Counted from the stretch's first letter, positions 1 to 14,447 are shown. The stretch is DNA of 64,000 bases from Octopus sinensis (GCF_006345805.1 NC_042999.1:53382001-53446000); one strand, 5' to 3'. The notes: generated by a model not told the origin, from the sequence alone. Made by a program: numbers and translations.

Positions 1-839
1 AATTGGAACTACCAAACATCTGAAGAGATTTAACCCAGACTTGTATCGATAGGTGTTTGTCGAGTCTGTTCGATATAAAAGCCAGAGTCTCTTTTCGAAA
101 AATGGTTGGACTCCTTGAATGATGTCACCGTTCCATACGCTTGCTTGTGTACGTGTGCGTGCATGCGTTTCTCTGTGTGTGCGCGCGCGCAATTACAAAG
201 CCCTAGAAAAGCCACTGACAACCAAGATTATCACCCACATACATCTGGTCTAGTTTAGCATAAGTCTCCCTTGCTGATGTCCCTCGTAACTGTTTACGAC
301 CCGTTAACAGAAAAGCAAGTATAGAAATACTTGCCTTGTATTGTACTGTGCTTCCTCTCCTGGTTTCGGTACCCAAGACACAGACACCCTTCCCACACAC
401 ATATGCTTCATTTAACAGAAGAACAATATGAAAGTGCAAATTTTGCATTTGTCAAACCCGTTGATAGATGCAACGTTTATTTGCAGGTGAACATTACCTG
501 AGTTTTTGCCATTTACAGCTTTTCGCACAACGAACAGTGATATCGGTTAGATCAATAAAGCGTGACCAATAATGCCTCTGTTAATCTACAACTGCCCTTT
601 AAACATCAAGCTAGTTTATTAACAGCTGGATTTAAGTGTTTCGTTTGGAATTAGCCGCAAACACACCCAGTCCGCGCATAAACACATACGCACAAACTCA
701 TATACATATTCGTTACGTGTGTCTCTCAAGTGCATACATATACGAAAGTGCATATTTTCGTGTTTGTGTTTATGTATGAAGAGGTGGTTTTATCCTGGGT
801 AGAAGAAACAAGATAGATAAAAGTTCCATACATGAGCGT

Positions 840-1087
840 GTGAAAGGTAGGAGAGTCCAGTTTGCTGGACATTGTTGTAGAGCTGAAAAAGAAGTAATTT
901 CTACTCTTCTCTGGAAGCCATCTACTCGCAATACCAGAGGGCGCACACTCTCCTACCCTGATGTAATCTCCAGGGATACAGGCATTCAGCAACAGGACCT
1001 CCGTAATGCCATGATGGACCTTGAAGTCTGGCGTAGCATGGTAAATTCCATTGTCTCGACCACGGTCGAACAATGAGGATGATGATG
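840..1087 (+). mobile_element. RTE-clade LINE 3' fragment (5'-truncated) with (GAT)n tail
   Basis: ORF RRVQFAGHCCR..LLWKP..RGRTLSYPD..MMDLEVWR matches the RTE ORF C-terminus; stop followed by GGATGATGATG. Confidence 0.8.
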
Positions 1088-1121
1088 TGTATACTTATTT
1101 TTTGAAAGAGAACAATCTTAC

Positions 1122-1194
1122 CTTACTGAGTCAAGTATTGCTCCGCTTACACATTGTATCTGTAATGTGTGGGTCAGTTGGTAAATTTCTTTTT
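1122..1194 (-). other. candidate 73-nt internal exon of a minus-strand gene
   Basis: ttttcag acceptor and AAG|gtaaga donor; one open frame (KEIYQLTHTLQIQCVSGAILDSV); no recognisable homology. Confidence 0.25.
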
Positions 1195-1689
1195 CTGAAA
1201 ATCGAACCATATCAAGACTAACAGTTAGGCATTTGCATACAAAACCGAGTGCTCCAATTATTATTGGTATAAATGTAAACTTTCAATTCGGATATAGAAG
1301 CTGGCGGTTTCGATACCGTTGTGTATAGTTATCTTCTTTCTCTTTGCTTTTCAAAGAGATATTCACATAAGCAGAACAGCTGACTTGCGTGACGGCACAC
1401 GCCTTTTTCTTGTCTGTCCCAAACAACAATATCAGGACCGTTATGCTTAAACTCGTTATATGTTTACACTTGACAGATGCTTACATTTGACATGTTTTAA
1501 TGAGAATGTTCCACCAGTATTCATTGTGTTGATATTTGAGTGCGTATTCGATAACAATGGGGTTCTCTATATTTATGCCAGGATCGTCTGTTTTTACGAA
1601 TGGCATTGCATATCATTTCTACGACAACGTTACGTTGTAGAGGGAAGTAGATCCTTGATGACATCTTTGGGTAGCTGCTAATCACATAA

Positions 1690-2445
1690 TAATATGATAA
1701 TTTACAATTACGATGAACTCTAAGGACTTCACTGTCTTTTTTGTCGATTAGATATTTACGAGCAATTTCCTGTTCTTGGATTGCAAATGAATAATCTTCC
1801 AAGTGTGATGTGAGGCAGAGGTCATAGTCCAAGAGCGGCTTCCCTTCATGTCAATATTACTATCTTCAAGTTTTCGACAAATGTACCCATACATGTTCTT
1901 TGTATGGTATGCTGAGTATTTCACCTCCAGGGGATCTTTGAGACATGCTAGTCCGGCTGATTTGGGTTTGTATGGGAGGTCATCAAAAAGAGAGCATTTC
2001 TTGAGGAGCTCACTTCCAATATGTAGAATATTGTTTTCAGCACTACGTTAATGTATCTATTTTTGATGTTGTTGTTTAGCAAATAGTGTCTGAGAGAGCC
2101 TCTGTGACATGCGAAAGCTGTCTGCACTGGTCTCAAGGCCCTACCTCCTTTATCTCTACTTAGGGGGAGTCTCTCAATATAACTATGCATGTGGAGATTT
2201 CCAGTTTATGTTTGAATTTTGCAGGTTTTAATGTTTATTGAGTGAATTTCTTCTACAGATAAGTCAATTATCCCAAATGTTGGAACCAGCACTGGTACTG
2301 CAGATGCTTTATAGAATATTGTCATGTTGTAAGAGGCGAGGTCAGACTGCCAGAATTTTCTTAATCAGTTATAATATTCTTGGTCACTCTATCTTCATTC
2401 ACAGTACCTTTGTATGATATATTTTCATCAATGTCTTGGTACGTG
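1690..2445 (-). mobile_element. R4/Dong-type (REL-endonuclease) LINE fragment, decayed
   Basis: IERLPLSRDKGGRAL (RLYLPRxxGGRGL motif), FAIQEQEI..NCKL, DRVTKEYY..FWQS. Confidence 0.75.
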
Positions 2446-2689
2446 TGGGACAGGAAAGATAGTGAGGCAATTGTTGCACGAGTTTTCGATCAGAGAGACT
2501 GATTTTTCCCGTTCAACAAATAAATAATAACATTTATTCTGATCAAATTCCATTCATGTATCAGCTGAAAATGTTTTTAGTTCCAGAAGTTAACATTTTT
2601 AGCATAAATATTGAGGTCATCCATAAAGAAATTATATATGTATGTATGAATTTACATACACATGCATATGTATATATATATATATATAT

Positions 2690-2935
2690 ATATACCCTCG
2701 TTCTGGTCTAACTACCCACCTTGTTTGTTTTCGTTGGGTGCCCTTCCATGTCTCCTTATCCTGTTTTTGCTCCCAACTTTGACCCTCCATAAAATCCAAA
2801 AGCCGACAACTGATGAAGATTCGTTCTTTCAGGTACTTGTCCTGTTTTCAATTTTTTTCTCATTCTTTGCGTATTTAATTCGCTTGTTTTTGTATTTCTT
2901 GTTGTTTCCAGTTGGTGATATTTGGTACCCAAATG
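2690..2935 (+). mobile_element. Penelope pLTR-like interspersed repeat fragment
   Basis: CCGACAACTGATGAAG motif shared with minus-strand copies near 33680 and 38030; flanked by (TA)n. Confidence 0.4.
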
Positions 2936-2954
2936 TGCATGTATGTATATATAT

Positions 2955-2988
<34 letters not shown>

Positions 2989-2995
2989 ATATATA

Positions 2996-3026
<31 letters not shown>

Positions 3027-3066
3027 ATTATTATTATTATTATTATTAAGAATATTAATAATAATA

Positions 3067-3102
<36 letters not shown>

Positions 3103-3182
3103 GACAACAAAAGAATGAATGAGACCTCGATATTATGTGAACTAGAGGAATTTATCTATAAATATAATATGTGACAGTTAGC

Positions 3183-3260
3183 TGTCATAATAAAACTCAG
3201 TTTCGGATGCCGGAGCAGACTTTAGCTCCGGCATGCGAAACTCTGTGTTTTATTATGACA
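3183..3260. repeat. inverted repeat/hairpin with about 35-bp arms
   Basis: TGTCATAATAAAAC..TTTCGGATGCCGGAGC / GCTCCGGCATGCGAAA..GTTTTATTATGACA, 8-nt spacer. Confidence 0.8.
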
Positions 3261-3938
3261 ATCAACTAATTGTTGCATAAAGAAGCATGCATGTGTGTCT
3301 GTATATTTTCCGTAATCTAACAGTTGGTCAGTAGAAAGAAAATACATTCTCGTCTAAAATACTATCATTAAAGTAGTCGCTATGATGAGCTAAAAACTAA
3401 ATCTACTAAACGCGGTGCTCCAGTGTAGGCGCAGTACAACCATTATATGCAGAAAAAAAAACAAGGAATAAATAATAAATAGCTTTTCAGGAGAAAGCTG
3501 CTTAATCGGGCGAATGAAATTATTGTCCTAAAATATAGTCAGACCAAAATTATATTTCTATTAAAAATGAAAATTAATCTACGCTAATGATTTTGTAATG
3601 AAAATGTAAATCTGGTATTGTTTGAATGTAATCCTATGTTTTGATAATTAGTCTACTTCCAAGTGAAGAGGACAAATTTTCTATTTGAATTGATTAAAGT
3701 CATTTCTTAGAGCGGACAGAATTTTAATTAAAGAATTAATTAGTTTTGAAATATTTTGGTCTATAAAGAGCAAAATGTTTCAAAAGTGACTGAGAAGTAA
3801 TCCTCTGCAGGAAAGAATATATGATTCAAAAATCTTATCAATTAAGAATGAGTTGCAAATTAAATATCAGAAGTTTATCTTTACGATTCTATAAAGTTAC
3901 AACCATATAACTTCTGTTATATTCACATATCTGAGAGC

Positions 3939-4011
<73 letters not shown>

Positions 4012-4345
4012 CTGAAATGTCGGTGACTTTATGAAGATTACGAAAACACACACATACACAGATATATATATATATATGTATATATATATATTAGAAGGTT
4101 TGTACAGGTATTATATATTAGAAAAAATAAGGTACTCAGAAATCTTGATGGTTGTACGTTTACAGATTTTTATCAATATGTCGCATCTTTTTATAAATCA
4201 TATAATAGCGCTTGCATCTACTCTAGTAGAATCTCCAGATTTGAATTCGTTTGAGAGGATTCTTCTCATTTTATAGTATTATTGAGTGTGCAGGGGTGGG
4301 GAGAGATATAGGATAGTAAAAGAGGGTGAGGAATGGTGGGAAAGT

Positions 4346-4360
4346 GAGAGAGAGAGAGAG

Positions 4361-4452
<92 letters not shown>
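4346..4452. repeat. (GA)n(TG)n microsatellite
   Basis: seen directly. Confidence 0.95.
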
Positions 4453-4454
<2 letters not shown>

Positions 4455-4791
4455 TGTTTATGTATCTGAAAGGAGTGTCAATGCAAAAGGAGAGGAAAGA
4501 AAGGAAGAGTGAAAGAAGAAAAAATGTGTTTACATCTATACAGCTTGTCAGCTCTTTCAATAGAAAGTGATGAGTTGATTCTTGGCCTTTAAAAATGGCA
4601 AAATCAAGTGGCTACTCTAAGGGATGGGGGCTTGATAAAAGTTATTTTTCAAAAACATTTTCTGGATTTATTATCAGCGTCATCATCATTGTCCAGTGAG
4701 AGAGAGGGTGTGTGTGTTTATTTTGTGTGTGTATGTGTGTGATGTGTGTGTGTGCCTATGTATGCCTATGTATCTGAAAGGCGTGTCAATG

Positions 4792-4828
4792 ACCAACTAG
4801 TCATCTCAATAGGAGATGACTAGTTGGT
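4792..4828. repeat. perfect 16-bp hairpin
   Basis: ACCAACTAGTCATCTC-AATAG-GAGATGACTAGTTGGT. Confidence 0.9.
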
Positions 4829-4875
4829 TAATAAAAGTTATTTTTCAAAACATTGTCTGGATTTATTATCATTAT

Positions 4876-6069
4876 AAATTTTGGAATCTATTTTTTTCGA
4901 GAAATCATCTATTTTTGAATCATTTTTGAATCTATTTTGATATTTTTTATTTAATTTTAGTTGAGTTTTGTTTATTTTCAGATCATTAAAATGGAATGTC
5001 AAGTTAAGAAAAACGAGCATTTTCGACACGTCCTTCTTTTTCCTTTTAATCAAGGTTCTAAGGCCGCAAAAGCTGCTCCCGTCATTTGTGCTGTGTATGG
5101 AGAGGGTGCTATAGCTGAAAGAACCGCTCGTGATTGGTATGCCAAGTTCAAAAATGGAAAGTTTGACCTCAAGGACGTACCTCGTTCTCGCCGTCCAGTT
5201 GAGTTCGATGAACAGCGAATAAACAAACTTTTGCACGAAAATTCTCCTCAAACGACAAGGGAGCTGCCAGAGAAAATTGAATGCTCTCACACTGCGATAG
5301 AGAAGCAACTTGACTCGATGGGAAAGGTTCAGAAGTATGGAGCATGGATTCTGCATTCTTTAAGTGACAACAACAAAATCAACAAGCCACAATCTTCGCT
5401 GGTTTGCTTGCTCGTCACCGCTCAACTCATCTACACAAACAACGATTTCTTTACCGAATCGTTACTGGTGCCGAAAAATGGTACCTGTACATCAATATGA
5501 AGCAGCGTAAGTAATGGCTTAACCCCGGTAAAAAAGTGACAGCGCGTGTGAAACAAGATCTTCATCCGCGTAAAACGATGTTGTGGGTATGGTTTGACTG
5601 GGAAGGAATTATCCATTACGAATTACTTGAACGGAACCAAACGGTCAACGCGGAACTCTATGTTCAACAGATGGAACGACTCAGCACGCCTTTTCTAGAG
5701 AAAAGACCTAATCAGCAGCATTGAGTTATTCTGCTGCACGACAACGCCCGTCCTCATATTGCCAATATAACCAAGGAAGCCATTCAAACGCGTTGCTGAG
5801 AAGTGCTCCCACACCCGCCGTATTCTCCTGATTTGGCACCAGCGGATTTCCACCTCTTTCGATCTCTTTCAAATGCTATGCGCGGAGTTTCGTTCAATAC
5901 TAATGCAGAACTGAGTGCTTGGTTGGATCAATTTTTCGAGTCGAAATCTTGTTGAACGTTGGGAAGAAGTTGTAAACAACATTATTAATTATTTAGTTGT
6001 TATTTTTTATTAAGCCTTTAACAAAAATTAAAAATTTAAAAAACGGCGGTAACTTAGTTGCTAACCCAA
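4876..6069 (+). mobile_element. mariner (DD34D) transposon, pseudogenised, 5' TIR lost
   Basis: ATG at 4991 MECQVKKNEHFRH, WILHSL (WVPHEL-like), HDNARPH, YSPDLAPADFHLF; 3' TIR AACTTAGTTGCTAACCCAA followed by TA; frameshift and stops. Confidence 0.93.
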
Positions 6070-6071
6070 TA

Positions 6072-6593
6072 TATGCAGGATAATGCACCATATCAAAGTG
6101 CTAAAATCGTTAAGGAAGTGTTTGAGCTGAAAACATTATAGTGATGTGTTGGCCAGGTCAGAGCCCTAACCTTAATTCCATTCAAAATTTATGGAAGATA
6201 CTTAATGATAAGATCGGAAAGCACTGACATGCGAATGTCACGATTTTGTGGAATTTTCGTCACAACAATGGGAGAAATTGGTCAAATCTTGTGAACAGAG
6301 AGTTGCTGAAGTCATTAGAAAAAAGTAAGGTACATATCTTATTAATATATGGATTGTAAGTATTTCTGGAAAACTTTTAATTTCCTGAATGTTATGTTGT
6401 GCATTCTCTAATTGTTTCCATCTTGTATTTTTCAAATAAACATTTAATTTTCTATTATACTTTATTTAGTTATTAATCACTTCTAACAAATAATGAACTG
6501 AATTTAAAGTATATAGAGTAAAAATCCCATTCAGAAAATGATATAGAAATGTAAATATCTTTATTTTCGTTCACTAATTTGGGCCGCTGTTGT
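6072..6593 (+). mobile_element. Tc1-like transposon 3' half
   Basis: MQDNAPYQSAK..WPGQSPNLNSIQNLW (QDNAP/SPDLNPIENLW motifs); probable terminal repeat near 6570-6593. Confidence 0.75.
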
Positions 6594-8129
6594 ATATATA
6601 ACACATATGAAATAATAATTTCGCTTCGAAGAACAAAGGAGAAATTCAAGAATGCTGTTTTTACATAAAATATTCATATCCTTAAGTATATAAAATGCAA
6701 ACAATTACCTTCTTTTGTTCAAATTGCTACTGCCTTAAACAAATTCCCATTTCATTGCTCAAACAAATGTCATACAACATGTTAAATTTTAATCCACCAT
6801 TATTGTATAACCGTGCCTTATCTGCAATCGACCAGAAAATATTTTGAATGAGAACTTGGTTTTACAAAAAATACATATATATTTCAACAAAGTCATATCG
6901 CAGATTTTATCAGTGTTTAACAAATGATTGTGTTTATAAAATCGATTTTGCAATGTTAGTTCAGTTACCCCAATATCTTATTTAGGTTAATCTTTGGTGT
7001 TTGTATAATTGTAGTGGTGGATGTTATCGACTTTGCCTGACGGTTACCATCTGTTTCTCTTGACAATCATCTTTTGGATTTAGCTTTACAACAGTATATT
7101 CTGTTCTTCGCACAATTCCATTCTCGCGAAGAATTGTTTGTATGCGTATAGATCGTTCTCTCTCTCACACACACACTCATTATCTATCTATTTATTTCTC
7201 TATCTCCTCCTCTCTTTCTCTATCCCTCTCTCATACACACACATACAAGCACATACATATACATATGCATCTGTATACACTCACACACACACACACAACT
7301 CATGTTAATAGCAATGTAGCAATTCCAACTTGGATATTGTGTTTATAACGCAACACGAGTAGAGGTATAAGATGTTGCTACGCGTCGAAAAGATAAGCGT
7401 TGTGCATTAAACCACACTGCTGAATACATAAATATAAATAAGTGTGTAAGAGTGTGTATCTATCTGTGTGTTTGTGTGTATGTTTGTGTATGTGTGCGTT
7501 TGTGTGTATATGTGTGTGTGCGTTTCAAATCTAATTACAGATATAAATACGGGTGTCGTATTTAAAGCGTGAACGCAAAAGCAAATTAATTCCTCGTGGG
7601 ACTCAAAACTATTTCTGTGATATGAAACTCAAGTCGACCACTAAAATATTTACGTATGTGTTCGCAAGCAATCAGAACTAACAATTTATTTTTTCAAATT
7701 AACCTGATCTTCACGATCTAGAGCGGTGTCGAGACTGCAAACAGCAGTCATTATATATTAACAAAGGTAAAGGTTGCTTCGATTGAACTTGTATCTTCTA
7801 CTACCGACCTAGACAGACAGACACCTTTCAGCTATTTAATGATTGTATATGTAGTTAAATTTAGGTTCTGTAATTTCAGCAATTATCTCAACGTGATTCA
7901 AATTCTAATGATCTCTTTTAAGTTTTTAAACTCCTAGCTATACATAGAATAATTACTGACTGAAGCTAGTGTTAGCTCCAAGACATGGTCTCCACTCACT
8001 AACTCACCTTACAGTTTACTACTTCAGCTGTATAATTAGTGTTTTCTTTAATATTTCATTTATGAATATAAATATTACAGTCTTCCTCCTTAACCCTCTA
8101 TCTTTATGTCTCTCTTTATCTCCCTCTCA

Positions 8130-8161
<32 letters not shown>

Positions 8162-8724
8162 CGCACACACACACAAACACACACACACACACGCATAGAC
8201 ACCTGAGAGCGAAAACACTCACTTAAGAAGTAATGCAAATCCATGCATAGGCAAGGACAAAACCCCATTGGCAACGTGTTTCACATACTTCCATCTTCCA
8301 TGTATTTATAAGTCATATCGTTGAAGTGGCGGGTTCGACTCCTTTCGGGAACATCCAACGACAAAGGACGCAGACAGGAAACACTCAGTCATTAAATATG
8401 ACGAGACAGTCATGACTGGATTTTCGTTTACCTAAAGTTAGCTACCTCATTGCTGATCTTGCTTATATAACAATAACATCAGCCTCATGCAAGCATATAT
8501 TTCTTACTATTAGTCCCTCCTTAACCTCGCGAGCACACACCCATACACACACTCATACACACTCACACACACCCATACACAAACACACACACACGCACAT
8601 AGACACACAAACGTATGAAAACTTTTAAAAATTAAAACAATAATATGTAAAATATTTAATAGCACGAGGAAGGATACTATTTTCAATCAAAGAAAGTAAT
8701 TAATCATTATTGAATTAAATATAA

Positions 8725-8942
8725 GGCAGCGGGCTGGCAGAATCGTTAGCACGCCGGGCAAAATGCTTAGCGGCATTTCGTCTGTCTTTACGTTCTGAGT
8801 TCAAATTCCGCCGAGGTCGACTTTGCCTTTCATCCTTTTGGGGGTCGATAAATCAAGTACCAGTTACGTACTGGGGTCGATCTAATCGACTGGTCCCATC
8901 CCCCAAATTTCAGGCACTTGTGCCTGTAGCAGAAAGGATTAT
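8725..8942 (+). mobile_element. tRNA-derived SINE, family A
   Basis: A box TGGCAGAATCG, B box GAGTTCAAATTCC; homologous to copies at 25612, 41992, 63038. Confidence 0.9.
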
Positions 8943-8961
8943 CTCTACATCATAAAGTCAT

Positions 8962-9040
8962 ATGCTTTGGTCGGCCCGAGGCTATAGTAGAAGACATTTG
9001 TCCAAAGTGCCACGCAGTGGAACTGAACTCAGAACCATAC
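8962..9040 (-). mobile_element. SINE family B fragment
   Basis: matches 45140-45215. Confidence 0.8.
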
Positions 9041-9149
9041 CATATAGCCACTGTATAATACCGAATACAAGTGGGCAAGTGTCTTCTCCCAACGGGTAGC
9101 CCCACGCTTACCGGTGCCTGATCGACTCTACACGGCCGGCGTGTCCCCG

Positions 9150-9417
9150 ACTTTCCTCCCAGGCACAAATCCGGGCATGTTTGTTTATGGAAGACCAGCA
9201 GTCGCCCATACATACCGGCTTCCACACCAAGGAAAAAGCAAAGGCCGATACAGCTTGGCAACAGTGACGTCACAAACCTTTTATACAGGTGAGTGAACTG
9301 GAGCAACGTGAAATAAAGTGTCTTGCTCAAGAACACATCATGCAGCCCGGTCCGGTATTCGAACTCACAACTCACGATCGTAAGCTCGACGCTCCAGCCA
9401 CTGAGTCATGCACCTTC
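9150..9417 (-). mobile_element. tRNA-derived SINE, family D
   Basis: head with A/B boxes (GAGTTCGAATACC); body shared with 28797-29099 and 46853-47048. Confidence 0.88.
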
Positions 9418-11689
9418 GTTTGCATTATATATAAACACGCACACGCACACACACACAGACACACACACAGACACACACATAAACACACACACACATTATA
9501 TTATATCTGCTACTAAAAGGCAATTGAAATGCAGAAATATCCTGAATATTTTGAAATATTTTGAGTAATAGAACTATCAAAATCTTTCTATTTCACTTAA
9601 TTATGGAAACTTCAATCTTAATAAAGAAAATGTAACAATTGCTTTGAGATTCGTTTTAATAATACAATTTGATTTTTGCCTTAAAAAATTATGCCTGAAG
9701 TATTTACATCAAAAATATATTTCTTTCCGAGAATACAGATGCATTTTATAATGGATTTCAGCATCAGAATTTTATGAAACACGTCACCCCTCACCACACC
9801 ATATAAGGAATTATTTATAAAACAGATGTATTTATGATATTGTTTAGCAAGATTTGTATTTCTATGACGATAATTAGATTAAATTTTGTAAAATATGTAC
9901 GACAGAAGATAATTCTCACCAACATGTACCAAGAAATATAAAATACCATCCCTGGCATTCTCTCAAACAAATGTTTTAATGAAATATGTTCTAAGTCTAA
10001 GTGCATAGTTCTATCATAAGTTCATTATCAAAATATACTTTGTTATTCTATTATTATGCATTTTCTGGCACGCAAAGAACAATTTCTAGATTTCACTGTA
10101 TTAAATTTAACAATATACGGCAAAGTGAACAAGGTTTGGTAGAGAGCAAACTTTGATCTCTATGGAAGCAAAACCAGGAGTATGAATATCAGGATGACCT
10201 TAATAGTACTAACAACAGACTGGTCGGTTATGTTCAAAGCATCAACGGGAGCAGAGGGCAGAAAGTAAGACTTATGGAGACACCCCAAATCTCTACACTT
10301 GTTGCACAAAGTAGGGTAGGTTTACACCAAGCCATATCGAATAGCAAGTTTTGGAGAGAGGACGAAGTCTACCCAAATTCATTGATGTTATTAAACTGAA
10401 CATTCCCGATTGGAGATCACCCCATGCTTAGTTGGAACATGGATTCTTGTGGTGTTGAGAAATGCACTTCCGCCGCAGCCGTTTCTAAGACAGAAGATAT
10501 ACGCATATATCAATGGAGTGTTAACTGGGGGGTTTGCTTTGTTGACTTGTATCAACAACCTCTATATACATACACGTTACACATACACTGACGCACATGT
10601 TACACACGCACACAACCCGTATATCTGTGTGATTGTGTGTGTGTATATGTGTGAGTATATATATGTATGAGTGTGTGTGTGCTTCTATGTGTGTGTGTGT
10701 GTGTGAATAAACTTTAGTACGGAATCACCCTTAATTCTAATTTGTCATTCCCAGATATACTTTCACTACATGTGAAGACATTTAGGGTTTATAGACACAT
10801 CTCTTTTGCTTCGACTAAAGGAAGAGAAAAACGGTAGTAGTTTTATCTGAACATTTTTATAAGGGGAAATTTATTTTCATGTGAGCCAATTAAAATCTTT
10901 TTAGAAATTGGTCAATGAATATTTCATATCAACTGCACTGCCTGCAATTTACATGAATTCCAATAGAAGAGTAATTATCTATCTAATGTTCTGATTCTCG
11001 GCCAAGAATTATGTTTTACTCTATGGAGCAAACATTTTAACGTTATTAATTCTGGATTTCTGCAATATTCATTATTCAATTTACCTGTTTTCTATATTTC
11101 TGCTATTACTCTTAAATTACTCTCAGTTGAGTTACATACCTGTCGATGTATTTCTTTGATATGCTTCTCATTCAATGATCACATAATCACTTAACTGATG
11201 AAAAGTCATGAATTGCAAATGAGTGACAGTAACATTTATGTTAATCGAAGTTTAGACCTATAAGCGATGTAGCCTTCTTAATCGATGTTCAGTAGGGAGT
11301 GATCCAAATAAAGGCTTTAGCAAGAAATTCTCTGCAAAATCCCAGACCGCTCCAAGTAGTAGCAATTATAACCAATTACTGCTTTAGACAACCGAAAAAT
11401 TTGTGAGAAGAGTGAATGCACATTTATTGTTCTGGAACGATTGAGAGTAAAGATGTTTCGCTTGAATAAACGTGATTAAAAGCAGGATTTAACAGCAATT
11501 ATGGTAATGGATTGTAGCATAAAACGCTTAGCAAAAATCGCAAATCTTATATAAGCACACAACACACACACGATACTACTACTACTACTACTACTATGCA
11601 GAAAGTATTGTGCTTGGTTGTGCAGGCAAAGCTCTCTCAATAAAATTATCCGTCGCTGCTGCAATAATACTGATGCTGATGAAGACGGG

Positions 11690-13290
11690 CGGAAGGAGTG
11701 GAGTTTAAATGTGTCGGCTTCAATACAAATGCCATTGAATGACAGTCAAAAGTATTTTTGAATAGAATGCATTTGGAATTGTGTGTTGTATGTGATATAC
11801 AACTAAAAACACTGCAGAGTCAAAGAAGACATGTTTTTATTCAGGATAATAATGAAATAATCCCGATTAGAAGAAAAAAATACGTCAAACAATATTAAGG
11901 AGAGAAAAATTAAGAACGCTGATATGTTCAATAAAGAAACTAAGATAACAAATTTAAACCAAACTGGAACATATCTATGAATCAATGAACTTGTCTTGTA
12001 AACACTCCAAACATACACCTGAAAATTCAGAAGAGAGAGGCGATGCGAAGTTACTCCAGAAAATGCGAATACACACAGACATACAGAGGAGAATATTTGG
12101 CCTGATATAATTTTTTACATGGCTTTGACTAACGAATATAGGATCAGACAAATATCTCCCAAGCTAGTGTAGAGGTGAAATAACTAAAGAGACAAAATTT
12201 AGTTAGATATACACAACGATTTGAGGGAATTAAATTAGAATCAACCACGCCTAAGTGTAGATAAAACTGGGACACAGCGAAATAAATGATAAAAGTGAGG
12301 AAATAATATGACATAAGATTCAGTTTAACATCAGATGCTAGGCGTAAATAAATTAGTTAGATATTAAATGTAGCACGGATACAATGAATTTGAAGGGGGA
12401 AAATCACTTTTCTTTAAATATAAGGAATTCAAAAATTACAAACACCGAAGTAACTTCGCTGGAAAAAAAGGCAACTGAATAAAGATCAAATTATAACTGG
12501 CTTCCAGGATAGAGTGGAATAAAGATGAAGAGGGAAGCCACACAGTAGCCATTGTCATACAAACCACAAGAGAATTAGATTATAAGGCAAGAACAGCAGT
12601 TAAAGAATATAAAAATGCAAATGAATCTAACACCAAATCTATGAAACCAGTAGAATGAGACAGCTGACCTTATCATCTCTTGTTACCCAGTCCTTATACA
12701 TCTCACGAATATTCTGAAGCTATCTCTGTGTGGCAATATATCGACAATTGAAAAGGACAAATAGTATAAAACACAAACGAAATATACTATACGGCACTTT
12801 TCAATGACTGTTTCGAATCACCTTTGTGTATACCGATCCTGGTGATTAGAGAAATGATTAAATCTAGCCAGCTAACAATCGTAACAACCTACACAAACTT
12901 CACTAATAAAAATATCTACATTTGCAAATATCTCAATCCATTTCAATAAACATTAATAGAAAGAAAGTGGAGAAAATGTTAAAATAGAATGTCTCGAAAT
13001 TGAAATAAAGTCGATGTGGGCAATGAAATTTAAAAAAAATATCGGTAATAATTAGAGCATTAGCTTTGAACAAAACTAAATTATAAACCTTAACCAGATT
13101 CACAAAGTTGCACGAAGTCCGAAATATATCTTCTCTGCGCAGAAAATGCATTCAATGCAAAATATATTTATTTTTTTACACAAATGAAGTAATGCATTCA
13201 CTGCATACGACACATTCATTGTACAATCAACACTAAACGATCAAAGCCAATAACGTAACAGAAAGCAGATACCACTATCACCAATAAAGT
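11690..13290 (+). mobile_element. possible highly decayed LINE relic
   Basis: A-rich coding-like strand; endonuclease N-terminus-like FKCVGFNTN..LCVV and a Cys/His cluster near 13190; weak. Confidence 0.3.
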
Positions 13291-13519
13291 AACATACTAT
13301 AAATTAAAAGAATTTATATTCCATATATTATAAATAGAATGGTAACCAATAGGGTAACCAATTTCCATAATAGAAATGTAGTATACTTCTTCAGTACCTT
13401 TTCCAAAATGGATAATGTCAAAGCTACAGAACTCAGAATTGCTAAGAAGCAATCTCAAAATACACGACGAGCGGACAACAACTGCGATGGCTCTTGGCAG
13501 CAAGTAAGTAAAGTGGAAC

Positions 13520-13651
13520 AACCAAATGCCCTAACTACTAAGCCACGTGTTTTGGTATAATTCAGAAATAACACAAACAATAAATTAAACAAAAGTTACC
13601 CACTTACCCTGACCTCAATGGCCACTTGAATGCCCATCTTCTACGAGATAT
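13520..13651. repeat. 132-bp direct repeat, copy 1
   Basis: near-identical to 14422-14553. Confidence 0.9.
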
Positions 13652-14159
13652 GTGTCCATATTAAGACGGATTATTATTTTTCGTGTGTCTTAAAGTGTTC
13701 GGAGAATTCGTTGCCGTCTACATGGCCCAAGAATTTGTAGGTGAAGAAGCATTATTCGATATTTTCCCCACCAGTATTTGTTCATCCTTTATTTACTGCT
13801 AAGGACGTAAGGTAACGTTATCTTGTCAAGATTTGAACTCAGAATATACCGAACACGAGCACATGATGTAATGCAGCTTTCCAAGCTCTAAAACAATTCT
13901 AAGAATATGTCACTTCACGAATGTTCCATAATTCTACATCCGATGAAGAAATTCTATATCTATAATAAAGTTTAGTCACAAAGACGGAAATTGATATTCT
14001 GTTCGACGAATAGTCATCTCATGAGTAAAGGTTACACAAGTATCTTGTTACATAGACATCAATGCAAACATTCGCCCTCTTTTCAATAATACAACAGCTT
14101 GACAAATTGAAAGCAAATCAGATTGTGTAACTCTAATATGTTTGCTTGTCCTGGCCTGG

Positions 14160-14447
14160 CTTCCTGTTGGTTGCTACGACAATTTTTCCAGTTGATCCAC
14201 TCAACCGAACAGCTTTCTCCTGGAATTAATTTGGTCGAACACACCACAGCCACCTATGCCATTTACGTAGTTCTCTGGGAGATTCACCGTCATAAATAAT
14301 AGGATAAAACTACTCGTTTGAATTACAGGTACAACTCATTTAGAGGACTAGAGCAATGTGAAATAAATTGTCTTCCACGAGGAAACAGTGCGCCACCGGG
14401 AATCGAACTCCCGATACCGAGAACCAAATGCCCTAACTACTAAGCCA
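14160..14447 (-). mobile_element. decayed SINE (family D-type head, alternative tail)
   Basis: B box GAGTTCGATTCC; tail resembles 50950-51050. Confidence 0.65.

Noticed and set aside
2803-2845. Hammerhead at CTGATGA (also near 33680 and 38030 on minus)
   Set aside because: No correctly placed GAAA or stem III
8322-8355. tRNA gene at GGGTTCGACTCC
   Set aside because: Only a B-box/T-arm-like piece; no cloverleaf
6710-11195. Minus-strand exon-like segments near 6710-6822, 7705-7809 and 11140-11194
   Set aside because: Splice-like ends but stops in the usable frames; such signals arise by chance and cannot be supported without RNA data
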